Notes: generated by a model not told the origin, from the letters alone. A DNA stretch of 64,000 bases from Opitutales bacterium (GCA_965197745.1 CBDANS010000007.1:1216001-1280000); one strand, 5' to 3'. Shown: positions 20,563 through 31,184, counted from the first letter of the stretch. Numbers and translations: made by a program.

Positions 20563-21492
20563 ATGAAATACAACAAATATGGAAACACGGAAGTGGAAGT
20601 CAGTTCTATCGGTCTGGGCTGTGTTACTTTCGGTCGCGAAATCGATGAGAAGACTTCGTTTACTATCCTCGATCGTGCGTTAGAACGTGGTATCAATATT
20701 TTGAATACATCCTACTATTACGGAGAGGGATCATCTGAGCGGGTGATGGGCAATTATTTTTCCGCGCGCGGAAACCGGGACAAATTCGTAATCGTCACAA
20801 AAATTCACGGTAATCTATCACCTCCCGTGGTTGCCAGTTGCGCGGAGGGTAGTCTCCAGCGTCTGAACACCGATTACGTCGATTTTTTTGAGATTGCTTA
20901 CGATGTGAATACCCCGTTCCAGGAGACCCTTGTAGCTTTGGAAAAGCTGGTAAAAGAGGGGAAAGTCCGGCATGTCGGCTGTAATAATTACAGTGACTTG
21001 CAAATGGCGGAAGCGGTGAAAATTCAGAAAGAAAATGGATTTTCAACTCTACAATCACTGGAGGCAATCTACAACCTCGCGGTTCGTGGCATTGAAAAAA
21101 CGGTGATCCCTTACTGTGTTAAGGAAAATATAGGCATCATTTCTTATAGTCCTCTCGGTGCCGGGTTCTTAACGGGCAAGTACAAAAAAGGAAAAGCGAC
21201 ACCCAAGGGAACGCGGTTTGATGTTAAACCTGGACATAAAAATATTTATTTTAAGAAACCGCTATTGGAACTTGATGGGAAATTGGATACAATATCAGAA
21301 AGAACAGGATTTTCGCGGGTCCAACTTGCACTGCGATGGGTTCTGGAGCAGCCCGGTATAACAAGTATGCTTGTTGGCGCGAGGAAAACGGATCATGTGG
21401 ACCAGGCTTTAGATGCCGAAGCCTGTGATATGCCTGGGGAACTTATTGATGAGCTAAGCGTGCTGACCCAGGCTAATATGGATACCCTTTAA
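20563..21492 (+). CDS. Aldo/keto reductase
   Basis: SIGLGCVTFG, SLQRLNTDYVD, YSPLGAGFLTGKY. Confidence 0.9.
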   Translation: MKYNKYGNTEVEVSSIGLGCVTFGREIDEKTSFTILDRALERGINILNTSYYYGEGSSERVMGNYFSARGNRDKFVIVTKIHGNLSPPVVASCAEGSLQRLNTDYVDFFEIAYDVNTPFQETLVALEKLVKEGKVRHVGCNNYSDLQMAEAVKIQKENGFSTLQSLEAIYNLAVRGIEKTVIPYCVKENIGIISYSPLGAGFLTGKYKKGKATPKGTRFDVKPGHKNIYFKKPLLELDGKLDTISERTGFSRVQLALRWVLEQPGITSMLVGARKTDHVDQALDAEACDMPGELIDELSVLTQANMDTL

Positions 21493-21550
21493 TTGAATTG
21501 AAGCTGTATCCTTTGCCTCAAAATAAGAGCAACCCACTCAGTAGCTAGAG

Positions 21551-22339
21551 GTGAGAGAAAATCAACGTGTGCCCATCCTCGTGTATCATCATGTTTATGA
21601 TGATCAATCATCCGAATTAAGAAATGCCACGTTTGAGACAGGGGCAGGTATCATCGGAGAAAAAGAATTTTACCGACAGCTGCAATATATCACTGATAAT
21701 GGATGGACTGTAGTGACGACGACACAGGTAGTTGATTGGCTTACCGGGGGCATGGCCATACCTGAAAAATCGCTTGTCTTACATTTTGATAACGGATGGC
21801 TCGACACCGTGACGGTGGCCTTACCGCTACTGATTCAATTTAAGATGACCGCCACCTGCTTTCCGATTACCGATGGTCTCGAAGCAGCCTCGCATGGGAA
21901 AGTAACAACGGTGCGGACACTCACCGAAGGTTACATTGAAAAACCTTTCATGACTTGGGCCCAGGTGAGTAGTTTACTTGAAGCGGGTTGGGAGGTTGGG
22001 GCGCATACCGCGTCTCATTGTAAGTTAGAAGAAAAGATTGCTGAGGAAGGTGATGAAGGTGTCCTCGGTGAAATTAATAAATCGAACGCCCTCTTTAAAA
22101 GAAATCTGAATATAACACCGCAGCATTTTGCTTATCCCAGCGGTTCCCGCAATGAGTCAACAGATAAGATATTATCGCGATTCTATCGTTCTTTGCGGCT
22201 GTGGCATTTTGAGTGGCCTGTTCATTGGTCGTATACCGATAATACTACATTACCCACGGCTCTAGATTGCCAGAATATTGATGTGCGTGTGTCATTTGAA
22301 GATTTTACACGCATCTTCAGTAATGCACGGTCAAGTTAA
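21551..22339 (+). CDS. Polysaccharide deacetylase (CE4/NodB-like)
   Basis: PILVYHHV, HFDNG, GAHTASH, FAYPSG. Confidence 0.8.
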   Translation: MRENQRVPILVYHHVYDDQSSELRNATFETGAGIIGEKEFYRQLQYITDNGWTVVTTTQVVDWLTGGMAIPEKSLVLHFDNGWLDTVTVALPLLIQFKMTATCFPITDGLEAASHGKVTTVRTLTEGYIEKPFMTWAQVSSLLEAGWEVGAHTASHCKLEEKIAEEGDEGVLGEINKSNALFKRNLNITPQHFAYPSGSRNESTDKILSRFYRSLRLWHFEWPVHWSYTDNTTLPTALDCQNIDVRVSFEDFTRIFSNARSS

Positions 22340-22347
22340 TTTACTTA

Positions 22348-23679
22348 CTATTCCTCCAATCGAGAAGTGGGCACCTTTAAGCCACGACTATAAGGTATTG
22401 ATGCGCATACGGTCACAATCGATAAGGTGATTACAGGAGTTAATCCCGCAATATCTGAAAGATAACCACCCAGCGCGGGAAATACTGCGGCAATCCCTAA
22501 TATTGTATTACTGATGCCTATATATGTGGGGCGTCGATCTTCAGGAGCAATACTCAATAAATAGCTGCTGGTTCCCACCCATAAACCTGACATTGTTCCT
22601 CCGACTAAAAAAAAGATTGGAGAAAATGCTGCGGTTACTAACCAGGGAGGACTTATCAATAACCATGGCCCTAATCCTAAACTTATGAACAAAGCGTAAA
22701 TAGGGATCAATGCTTGAAAAATGAGTGAAAAGTAGATGACCTGGCGATCTCCTCTATGGGAAGAAATATATTTCCAAAGAACATTAAAGATAAGGACACC
22801 CAGTGTCTGCATGGCGATAAAAGTGCCAGCCGTGCTTATCGTAGATCCAAATTTCTCCTGAGCTAGAATTATATAAAAAGGGAGTGAAAAACTTATCCCC
22901 GATGCCAGAAGCTGAACGATGATCAAGCGACGATAATTTTTATCCCTTCTTAATATTCCCGGTATTTCTTTTAACAGCGAAAAAAAAGTTCTCTGGGTTG
23001 AGCTGATCTTACTGGGCGGTTCGCGAATAAATGCGTAAACAACAATCCCCAGCGTCATAAATAACGCGGCCAAGGTAAAAATAATTATAAAATTTTTGGG
23101 GAAGGGGAAAACCGTTTCCTTACCGAGAATATATTTTACAATCAGCCCGGCGAAAATACTCATTAAACCCATGCCATAAAATATCCTCGTTGAAAAATAT
23201 GAACCCAGGTATTGAGGGGGAATTGTCTTGGCAACCATATCATTCATGGGAAGCCCCGCTATTCCTCCGATAAATGATGCGCATGCGTATAGCAGCAAAA
23301 AGCAAACTAAGTAAAATTCAGGATGGGACAGGCCATAGATAGCGAGCAATGGTATCATGAGCCATGTTAGTAATAACCGGATGGCATTCATGCGTAAATA
23401 AATCCCCCTTTTATAGGGAAGTTTTTCGACATATCCGGCGACAAGGAGCTGAGGCAAGAGCCAACCGGCACGCCACAAAGAGCTGGTGATGCCGACAATA
23501 AAGTCGGAGGCAGTAAAATACTTAATAAATACCGGAAGCACCGTCAACGGACTTGTTAATGCAATGCCAAACATAAAGAGCATTCCATTAAATATACCGA
23601 GATTGTAGTTGAAGCGTACATTTCCTTCTCGAGGAAGATGACTCCCCCAAATTGATGGAAATTTAAATTTTTTTACCAT
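22348..23679 (-). CDS. MFS transporter
   Basis: 443 aa with about 12 TM segments; APEDRRPTYIG. Confidence 0.85.
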   Translation of the reverse strand: MVKKFKFPSIWGSHLPREGNVRFNYNLGIFNGMLFMFGIALTSPLTVLPVFIKYFTASDFIVGITSSLWRAGWLLPQLLVAGYVEKLPYKRGIYLRMNAIRLLLTWLMIPLLAIYGLSHPEFYLVCFLLLYACASFIGGIAGLPMNDMVAKTIPPQYLGSYFSTRIFYGMGLMSIFAGLIVKYILGKETVFPFPKNFIIIFTLAALFMTLGIVVYAFIREPPSKISSTQRTFFSLLKEIPGILRRDKNYRRLIIVQLLASGISFSLPFYIILAQEKFGSTISTAGTFIAMQTLGVLIFNVLWKYISSHRGDRQVIYFSLIFQALIPIYALFISLGLGPWLLISPPWLVTAAFSPIFFLVGGTMSGLWVGTSSYLLSIAPEDRRPTYIGISNTILGIAAVFPALGGYLSDIAGLTPVITLSIVTVCASIPYSRGLKVPTSRLEE

Positions 23680-23852
23680 CTTTCAGTTAGATGTCTTTTA
23701 AAGTCGTTTTGCACAAGTACCGTTTTCAAATGACGAGAGGACTCAACATCTAGAATATCATGGGGAACAGAAAAACACATTCCCTGCCACCCGAAGTAGG
23801 GTGAGTAGCGCTTGGGTTTACCTGCAAAATGTCCCGATCAAGCACGTCGGCT

Positions 23853-24236
23853 TCAAGCTTTCGCAGGAGTCAAGCTGCTTATCGCTGTTGCCATCGCGTC
23901 AATCGAATTTGCAATTTCAACTGGATCTATATGCTCAGCAGTTTCATGATAACCGGCTGTTCGCAACATTTCCGTAATCTGTGTGCGGATTTGATCCAGG
24001 CTCCAGGCCACGGTATCCGGTGTATCCTCTTGAGAAAGATGATGCATCTCATTTTTCCCCTCGGGGTCGTAATGGTAATGCGGGTCATTATCAAAGCAAT
24101 CAAAACGCAGAACCTGGATGGGTTCATTTTCTATATCAGCGTAGACACGAATGGCAGGCCCATGGTCTTTGCCGAAGTTGCGGTACTCAATTTTAAAAGT
24201 TAAACCGCCGGAATCAATGGATATCTCCTTAGTCAT
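23853..24236 (-). CDS. Conserved hypothetical protein
   Basis: 127 aa; LRFDCFDNDPHYHY motif; protein-like composition. Confidence 0.65.
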   Translation of the reverse strand: MTKEISIDSGGLTFKIEYRNFGKDHGPAIRVYADIENEPIQVLRFDCFDNDPHYHYDPEGKNEMHHLSQEDTPDTVAWSLDQIRTQITEMLRTAGYHETAEHIDPVEIANSIDAMATAISSLTPAKA

Positions 24237-24324
24237 AAGACCTTCAGCCTATGAATTATAAAATATAAGAGCAATATAAATAGTGTGGTTTTCTCATTAT
24301 ATTCAGCGTGGCTGAAATGAATAA

Positions 24325-25785
24325 CTAACACTCTTCGTGCTTATGATTTTCCATTAAAGCTTCAATAGTCAGCTCACCGAGCGATTCATCAGTCATTTTT
24401 TTGATTCTCTGGTGGTAGTAATCAATGAGGGGGTCTACGTTATGGACAAGGTGGGCGCCGATGTTGCTGCCATGATGTTCAAAATTGTTTTTAAATTCAG
24501 ATAGAGTTACTTTATTAAGCGGTTTTGCCGGCTGGTAACATACGGTGTCAACACCCTCTTCACTGGAAAGGGGTATAGCGGAGATCCAGCCTTGATCTCC
24601 CAGGCGATCGAGACAGGTATTAAGTATTTGTCCGGGAGCGCGCACGATTTCACTTATTTCCCTTAGGGTATAGGGTGCCTGGCAGTTCTTAAACCGTCTT
24701 CCGATAAGGAGGTATGCGGCGAGAGTGAGTGTCTCTCGGGAATAGGAACTGATATTATGCCAGGCTTCACGATTGGTTAAATAATTAGCATTTTGTACGG
24801 AGTAAGTGATTTGCCCACCGAGGAGAATAAAGATCCAGAATATGTAGAGTCCAATCATCAAGATGGGAACGATAGCGAGAGACCCATACAAACTTTTGCT
24901 GCTGATAACTTTCTGCACATAAAGAAAGGACAGGTAATTGTTAAATATTAAGAGGACAGCAACAATGACGGAGCCCGTTAAGGCAGCAGTCCACCCCACA
25001 CTGGTATTGGGAATAAAGCGGTAAAATGCCATTAACAATACGACAATTAGTATAAATAATAAGAGGGGAGTCATCCAGAAGATGAGACCTGACAATTGCC
25101 TCCCGTAAGGCAGATCGCTGATGAAGCGAATGATAGAGGGCGCTGATAATACCGTGACGGTGGCAAAGCTTAAGACCGCTCCGAGGCTTATAAATGTCCA
25201 GTAAAAGACTACTCGTTTAAAAAAGCTTCTTCCGCGTCGCACGCCCCAGATTTCATTAAAAGCGGATTCGATAGAGGTAAGCAATTGCATAGCAATTAAA
25301 ATTAGCAGTATAGCGCCGATGATTCCAACCGTTCCAGATTTTGCGCTATCAATAATGTGGTTAATGAGCAAGATAAGCTGAGGATTATATAATGCCTCTT
25401 CATTTTCACCTGCTGCCTTTAATTCCTCTTCCTCAACCCGACTAAATTCTGCGAGCGGGGGTGCCACGAATTGCATAACTCGATTCAGACTGTTTACGGC
25501 AAGATCTGGATTTCCACTTTCCAGGACGAAACTGGAAAACATGACTCCTATTGCCATGAGGGGACCCAACCCGATAAGAGAGGAATAGCTTAAGGCAGCC
25601 GACCGGCTCAGTATTTTATTTTGCGTTAACCCTTCGAAGGTAATTGAAACAATGCGCAAAAATGAATACATCCTGCCTCGAATACTTTTATCGTTTAAAG
25701 AGGTGATATCCCAAATCTCAAGACGAAGCGAATCCTTGGCTTTGCGAAGAATAGCCCGTATCTTTTTAAAATCTGGCGATGGCAT
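24325..25785 (-). CDS. YihY/virulence factor BrkB family membrane protein with a C-terminal winged-helix-like extension
   Basis: SAALSYSS, IESAFNEIWGV, YRFIPN, YGSLA. Confidence 0.85.
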   Translation of the reverse strand: MPSPDFKKIRAILRKAKDSLRLEIWDITSLNDKSIRGRMYSFLRIVSITFEGLTQNKILSRSAALSYSSLIGLGPLMAIGVMFSSFVLESGNPDLAVNSLNRVMQFVAPPLAEFSRVEEEELKAAGENEEALYNPQLILLINHIIDSAKSGTVGIIGAILLILIAMQLLTSIESAFNEIWGVRRGRSFFKRVVFYWTFISLGAVLSFATVTVLSAPSIIRFISDLPYGRQLSGLIFWMTPLLLFILIVVLLMAFYRFIPNTSVGWTAALTGSVIVAVLLIFNNYLSFLYVQKVISSKSLYGSLAIVPILMIGLYIFWIFILLGGQITYSVQNANYLTNREAWHNISSYSRETLTLAAYLLIGRRFKNCQAPYTLREISEIVRAPGQILNTCLDRLGDQGWISAIPLSSEEGVDTVCYQPAKPLNKVTLSEFKNNFEHHGSNIGAHLVHNVDPLIDYYHQRIKKMTDESLGELTIEALMENHKHEEC

Positions 25786-25880
25786 GGCTCTAAGATTTTT
25801 TCTGTTCAGATTCTAGCGCATTAGAGACAGAGGCTACCGAATTCAAGCCAACTTGTAGCGGGTTGCTGGTATGGCAGCGG

Positions 25881-26669
25881 TTATTGTATAACCGTAAAAT
25901 ACAGATAGCTGCCGACGCCAAGGATACCAAACACGGCAAAACTTGCCATGAGCATAAAGTTAAGCGTCAAGGTGCAAATGAAAATTCCTAAACCAGCGCC
26001 GATGGAACTAACCATGAGATATAAAGACATTGGATCTCCTGTTTGCCAGGCAGCCCAATGCAGAAATCCGAAATAGCCTAACCCAACCATTGCCCTCAGG
26101 CGCAGGAGAGGGTAAATCTCGGTTACTGATAAAAACAGGGATATCGCAAAGAAAAGATCAAGCATCCCGATAAGCACTAACGGGCGCTGAATTAAGAGCA
26201 TATAATCTTCGTCATCAATTACAGTTTTAATGATATCAATACTCGGGTAAATATGCGTGATGGCGCTTAAAATCATAATTACCCCAATTGACGGGATAGC
26301 AAGGGCTGCAGCTTTATCCTGCCACACAGCTTTTTCTTTGATGTGCTTAGTCTCATCTGTATCGCCTTCAGCCGCTGCCAACATGTCAGAAACGGCAATC
26401 ACTTCTTCTTCCTCTTCCTCTTCAACATTCAGAAGATCCATGTCTTCATCAGTCTTAACTTTTAAGCCGAGCTTCTTTTTTTCGGGGAACAGGGTCTGCT
26501 TTAATTCCTCATTAGATTCGAACTCTAACCATTGTTCTTCCTCTTCGTTATAATACAAGGTGTTCGTCTCAATCTGCCCCGCATCTGCCATGCTGATCAG
26601 TTTTGTCACGTTAAAGGGACCACGAGCATTTTCGGCATCGGGTTGACGTATATAATATTCTTCAGCCAT
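25881..26669 (-). CDS. Membrane protein with an N-terminal GYF_2 (DUF4339)-like domain
   Basis: YYIR...RGPF...AGQI...TLYY...W followed by an acidic linker and hydrophobic helices. Confidence 0.6.
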   Translation of the reverse strand: MAEEYYIRQPDAENARGPFNVTKLISMADAGQIETNTLYYNEEEEQWLEFESNEELKQTLFPEKKKLGLKVKTDEDMDLLNVEEEEEEEVIAVSDMLAAAEGDTDETKHIKEKAVWQDKAAALAIPSIGVIMILSAITHIYPSIDIIKTVIDDEDYMLLIQRPLVLIGMLDLFFAISLFLSVTEIYPLLRLRAMVGLGYFGFLHWAAWQTGDPMSLYLMVSSIGAGLGIFICTLTLNFMLMASFAVFGILGVGSYLYFTVIQ

Positions 26670-26751
26670 AGCGATCTAGAGGTATCCCATCATTGAATTT
26701 TAAATGCTTTGGGCAAGGATAATTTTATTGGATTCCCGCTATAATATTTCT

Positions 26752-27582
26752 TTAGCCGGAAAAATCACCGGCCCAATTTAATTTGCTGCGCATTAATTTG
26801 AAATGTGAGTAGTCTTCGTGTAGCATAAGTGGAAAACTGTTCTTAGAAAGGGATATTTTCAAAGGAAAGTCTTCTGTGCGATTAAAATTACTTCTCCCGT
26901 CAATACTAACGGTTACATCGTGATCCCGATCATGAAGATAGACTTTGAGGCAAACTTCCTGATCAAATATTACACTGCGGTTACTTAAGGTGTGTGGACA
27001 AATGGGTGTCATCGCTATGACCTTAGCCGACGGATGTATAATGGGTCCCCCGGCAGACATGTTATAAGCGGTAGATCCGGTGGGAGTAGAAAATACGAGG
27101 CCGTCACAGTAATAATCATTAACCGGCTCTTCGTTAGAAAAAACCTCAAGGCGTACTAAGCGGGAGGAATTACTTTTGACGACGACATCATTGAGCGCGC
27201 GAGCGCTTTTATTATCAGCGTTAGTGCAGACAATTACCGATCTTTCAACAATTTGATAACTGCCTGTTATAAGCGATTCAAATTCCTCTTCTGCTTCATC
27301 TGCCGAAAATGTTGCCATAAAACCCAGTTTGCCAAGATTGATACCGATCACCGGCAGGTTACGATTAACAGCTTCCCCAACAACACTAAGCAGGGTGCCG
27401 TCTCCACCTATGACAACACAACATTGAGCATCGCACAGCAAATTATCGGGGAGGGGATAGGCATTCGTTGCTATCGTTGCCACTCCCTGATTTTCCGCTT
27501 TGGCCATGAGGGACTGAGCCAGAGCTTCAGCTCCGGGTTTATTATTGTTTATAACGAAAGCTATTTTGTTAATCGGATTCAC
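26752..27582 (-). CDS. nadK: NAD(+) kinase
   Basis: GGDGT, GINLGKLGF, ALND, DGLVFSTPTGSTAYNMSAGGP. Confidence 0.95.
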   Translation of the reverse strand: MNPINKIAFVINNNKPGAEALAQSLMAKAENQGVATIATNAYPLPDNLLCDAQCCVVIGGDGTLLSVVGEAVNRNLPVIGINLGKLGFMATFSADEAEEEFESLITGSYQIVERSVIVCTNADNKSARALNDVVVKSNSSRLVRLEVFSNEEPVNDYYCDGLVFSTPTGSTAYNMSAGGPIIHPSAKVIAMTPICPHTLSNRSVIFDQEVCLKVYLHDRDHDVTVSIDGRSNFNRTEDFPLKISLSKNSFPLMLHEDYSHFKLMRSKLNWAGDFSG

Positions 27583-27794
27583 TTGCAGGAACAGGTTAAT
27601 GGATTCTCACAATAATTAAACTAATGTGATACCTGAAAAGTTATAAGGTTATGAGCGTGCACTTTTGCATTGGGATGGCAATAAGTTAAACGTGACCGGG
27701 GTAATCTTTAGAACAATAAAAAACGAATAAAATAACAAATATTGCTTATATTAATATAAATGAATAGTCCTGATTCGGTGTATTTATTTCGAAA

Positions 27795-28970
27795 ATGAAA
27801 TTAACGAGGATTAAAGTATTAGGACAAAACCTTGGCACCGCGTTCATCAGTATTGAAACGGATGAGGGAATATCAGGAGTGGGGGCTACTGCGGCGCCGC
27901 CTCCTGTTATTGATGCAATTATAAATGCCGGGCCTGATAGTCTTTGGGCCTTTCTCGAAGGTGAAGATCCGACCCATCTTAATCGTCTTTGGCGAAAGAT
28001 GTCTATTCAATGGCTGGCTAGGCGAGGCCGAGGTGGAGAAGGGGGTCTCGCCATTAATGCCATGGCTGCTGTAGATTTAGCTTTATGGGATATATGGGGG
28101 AAAGCATATGATCGTCCGATCCATGCACTGCTTGGCGGTTCTTTGCGCAGCGAGATCATGGCTTACGCCAGCAGTCAGGGTTTGGATATGCGTGGTTATA
28201 CATTTGGTAAAAAGATCAACCTCAAACCTGCTGAAGTATTAGTGCGTGAATCTTTAGACCGAGTTAAGGAGGGTTTTAAAGCGATAAAGTTTGGATGGGG
28301 TAATCATTTCCGAAATGAAGATGAATCAGCGATGGCTGCCATTCGTGAAGCCGTGGGTCCCGACATCCGGTTAATGCTGGATTTTGGATGCCCTGCTTAT
28401 CATCAGCCAGGCATGACCGTGAAGGACGCGGTAATATGTGCAAAGATGATGGAGAAATATGATTATTATTTCTTTGAGGAAGCGCTTCATCCTTACAATG
28501 TAGAAGGGTTTCGCGCTTTGACGAATCAGGTAAATATCAAAATTGCCACAGGTGAAAGTCTAACCACCATCGGTGAATTTGAACCATTTATTCGAACCCG
28601 TGCCATTGACATTATCCAACCTGATGTTCAGCAAATGGGATTCACCCAGTTTCTTCGTGTCACGCGTATGGCCGAAGATGCGAATATCCTTTGTATTCCC
28701 CATGGTCCATGGTCTCCGATTCTGATCGCGGCTCATCTAAACGCCTTGGCAACGGTAAGCAATGGGGTCATGATCGAATACCCATCACCGGAAATTTCTC
28801 TGGCGGGCTCGTCACGATCTGAATTTTTACAAATTCTTTTTGATCGCGGTTTTGAAAACTCTATCGAATTGCGAGACGGGTTCCTCCAATTGCCAGAATC
28901 TCCAGGGCTTGGGTTAGGAGACTATAATCTTGATGTCTTTAATGAGCTGAACACTCTGGGCGATAAATAG
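27795..28970 (+). CDS. Mandelate racemase/muconate lactonizing enzyme family (enolase superfamily) protein
   Basis: AVDLALWDIWGK; metal ligands in MLD, FEE and TGE; IPHG. Confidence 0.9.
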   Translation: MKLTRIKVLGQNLGTAFISIETDEGISGVGATAAPPPVIDAIINAGPDSLWAFLEGEDPTHLNRLWRKMSIQWLARRGRGGEGGLAINAMAAVDLALWDIWGKAYDRPIHALLGGSLRSEIMAYASSQGLDMRGYTFGKKINLKPAEVLVRESLDRVKEGFKAIKFGWGNHFRNEDESAMAAIREAVGPDIRLMLDFGCPAYHQPGMTVKDAVICAKMMEKYDYYFFEEALHPYNVEGFRALTNQVNIKIATGESLTTIGEFEPFIRTRAIDIIQPDVQQMGFTQFLRVTRMAEDANILCIPHGPWSPILIAAHLNALATVSNGVMIEYPSPEISLAGSSRSEFLQILFDRGFENSIELRDGFLQLPESPGLGLGDYNLDVFNELNTLGDK

Positions 28971-29004
28971 GGAAGTATTGATGAATGGCTTACGGATATA
29001 AAAT

Positions 29005-29775
29005 TTATTTTTCGGACGGATGTTTTTTTATTCCGAGAAAGAATTCACGATTACCATCGGCCCCTTTGATTGGAGATTCCATAAAACCAATTTCTTCGTA
29101 ATCTTCGAGATGCTTCTCACAATAATCCCTTATTTCATGTGTGACTCGCTGGTGAACTAATGGATCACGAATAATCCCTTTTGCCATTCCAGCCTCTGTT
29201 TTCCCAACTTCAAATTGAGGTTTTATTAAGAGAATTAAATTTCCATTTAATCTAAGTAAGGGCCAGATAATAGTTAATACTTTGCGTAGTGAGATAAAAG
29301 AGAGATCCATTACAATGAGATCGTAAAGAGGGTGGGGTAGAAGTTTTGGGCTAAGCGTTCTAATATTAATTCCCTCAAGGTTGATAACTTTCGGGTTATT
29401 GCGCAATTTTTGGTGTAGTTGAGAGCGCCCTACGTCAACGCAAGTCACAGAATCCGCTCCACCTTGCAACAGACAATCCGTGAATCCTCCTATTGATGCC
29501 CCCAAATCTAATACGGTGCGCTTATTTACGGGGACAGGATATTTATCGAGAAATCCAGCTAGTTTTAATCCGCCCCGTCCCAGATAGGATTCGGTGACAT
29601 TTATTTTAATATCAATGTCGTGGGCAACTGTTTTACCCGGTTTATTGAGTACCGTAGACCCCGACATTATCTTTCCTTCGAGGATTAAATTTCTCGCCTG
29701 AGTGCGCGATTCGCAATAGCCACGCTGAAAAATCAACTCGTCAAGGCGGGTTTTGGGAGAATTCCTTGATTTCAA
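29005..29775 (-). CDS. tlyA: TlyA family rRNA (cytidine-2'-O)-methyltransferase
   Basis: S4 domain RLDEL, GRGGLKL, LDLGASIGGFTD, DLSFISL, IKPQFE, GNREF. Confidence 0.93.
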   Translation of the reverse strand: MKSRNSPKTRLDELIFQRGYCESRTQARNLILEGKIMSGSTVLNKPGKTVAHDIDIKINVTESYLGRGGLKLAGFLDKYPVPVNKRTVLDLGASIGGFTDCLLQGGADSVTCVDVGRSQLHQKLRNNPKVINLEGINIRTLSPKLLPHPLYDLIVMDLSFISLRKVLTIIWPLLRLNGNLILLIKPQFEVGKTEAGMAKGIIRDPLVHQRVTHEIRDYCEKHLEDYEEIGFMESPIKGADGNREFFLGIKKHPSEK

Positions 29776-29796
29776 TTTAGCGATGCATTTAAATAT

Positions 29797-30360
29797 TTAT
29801 TCAATCCTATCTGCCAATTGTGCCCTTTCCCTGGTTAATATTTCCAGGAATAGATTTTCCATTCGGGTATTACAACCCCTCAAACCGGTCACAACATTTT
29901 CGGCCCAATCCAGATATTCAACCAGTCTTTCTCGTGGCCACCCTTTTGGTGGTGATGTAGAAATCGTTGATATATTGGCAATTTTATCAGCAAGTTTTAC
30001 CTGCTTAGCCGGAAAGCTTAAATGGGGTGTTTGTTCTATCTGCAGGTGTTTTCTCTCCTTTTTTGGCAATTTTTTATCATCGGTTACTTCCATGACTATA
30101 GAGAGAACCTCTTCTCCAAACATTTCTTTAATTTCCTCTGGGTAAGTATCAGTGTCTTCAATGGTATCATGCAGGACCGCCGCTGTAAGTGTGATAATAT
30201 CAGTTACACCGCCAATACGTGCGAGTAACTCCGTGACCGTAATCGAATGGTTGATATAAGGATCACCGTCTTCGTCTTTTCGTCTTTGTTTGCGATGTTT
30301 TTCTGCGGCGAATTGGATGGCGGCTAAAATCGATGATACCTCTTTTATTTCTTTATGCAT
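29797..30360 (-). CDS. Mesh1/HDDC3-like small alarmone hydrolase (HD domain)
   Basis: [40 protein letters not shown]. Confidence 0.88.
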   Translation of the reverse strand: MHKEIKEVSSILAAIQFAAEKHRKQRRKDEDGDPYINHSITVTELLARIGGVTDIITLTAAVLHDTIEDTDTYPEEIKEMFGEEVLSIVMEVTDDKKLPKKERKHLQIEQTPHLSFPAKQVKLADKIANISTISTSPPKGWPRERLVEYLDWAENVVTGLRGCNTRMENLFLEILTRERAQLADRIE

Positions 30361-30386
30361 AGATAGCTAAAAGTTAATTCAATGGC

Positions 30387-31184
30387 TTACTGAATTCGAT
30401 TGCAGAGCGGCGACCCGTGATTACCCGCTGTCTCCAATTTGGTAATTTCTATGAAAGCCAATATCACCTTTTCTTTATTATAACACCAGTTCTCTTTCCC
30501 GAAATCAGGCGGAGCATAATTCGATGTCACTGGATAATGCCGAAATAGTTTTTCCAGTTCATCGACTGATCGAAACCTGACTCCATGGGTTAGGGGTAAG
30601 CCTTCCTGGTGACAATCAGTCGTTATGAGTAACTTACCTCCCGGTTTCAGGCATCGATACATCTCCTTCACAGCCCTTTCCGTATTTCGAATATGCTCAA
30701 TCACTGAGATGCTGGTTATATAATCAAAAGTGCTGTCAGAGTAGGAAATGTTTAATAAATCGATGTTCTCCATAGAAAGATTGGGAGCACATTTTTTTAG
30801 TAAGGAAGTCCATTTCAGATAAAATAACTCGTTTTTCTTCCTAGGTAAAAGGCCGGTGAATCGCAGTACTGATTTATATAAACGCTGGTACAACAGGTCT
30901 GAGACCACAGGATTTTCGGTATAAGTGGCTAGCCATAAACCAGTGAAGGTGTTGAAAGAACCCGTATCTAATACTTTAATCTTTGTATTGTTAAGGGGTA
31001 TCTGTCGGAGAACCTGATATAATTCCCAATCCCGCTGTCGCGTCGGGTAGGGGAAATTATCCGGCAGCAATCGCTTTATTACTTTATCATATCCCACTAA
31101 ATAATCGCGACACGTTTCGCTGCCTCGTTCAATTTTCCGATAATAGTGGATAGGTAATGGCGGTGCCATAGCCAAGGCTTTCAT
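30387..31184 (-). CDS. Class I SAM-dependent methyltransferase
   Basis: VLDTGS, FDYITSISVIEHI, RCLKPGG. Confidence 0.85.
   Translation of the reverse strand: MKALAMAPPLPIHYYRKIERGSETCRDYLVGYDKVIKRLLPDNFPYPTRQRDWELYQVLRQIPLNNTKIKVLDTGSFNTFTGLWLATYTENPVVSDLLYQRLYKSVLRFTGLLPRKKNELFYLKWTSLLKKCAPNLSMENIDLLNISYSDSTFDYITSISVIEHIRNTERAVKEMYRCLKPGGKLLITTDCHQEGLPLTHGVRFRSVDELEKLFRHYPVTSNYAPPDFGKENWCYNKEKVILAFIEITKLETAGNHGSPLCNRIQ

Noticed and set aside
23680..23852. Riboswitch or ncRNA upstream of the MFS gene
   Set aside because: Short stems exist (TAGATGT/ACATCTA, CACCC/GGGTG), but I recognise no family consensus and the pairing could be chance.
26400..26425. Poly-Glu (GAA/GAG) tract as a contingency repeat
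   Set aside because: The codons are mixed and in frame; this is an ordinary acidic linker.
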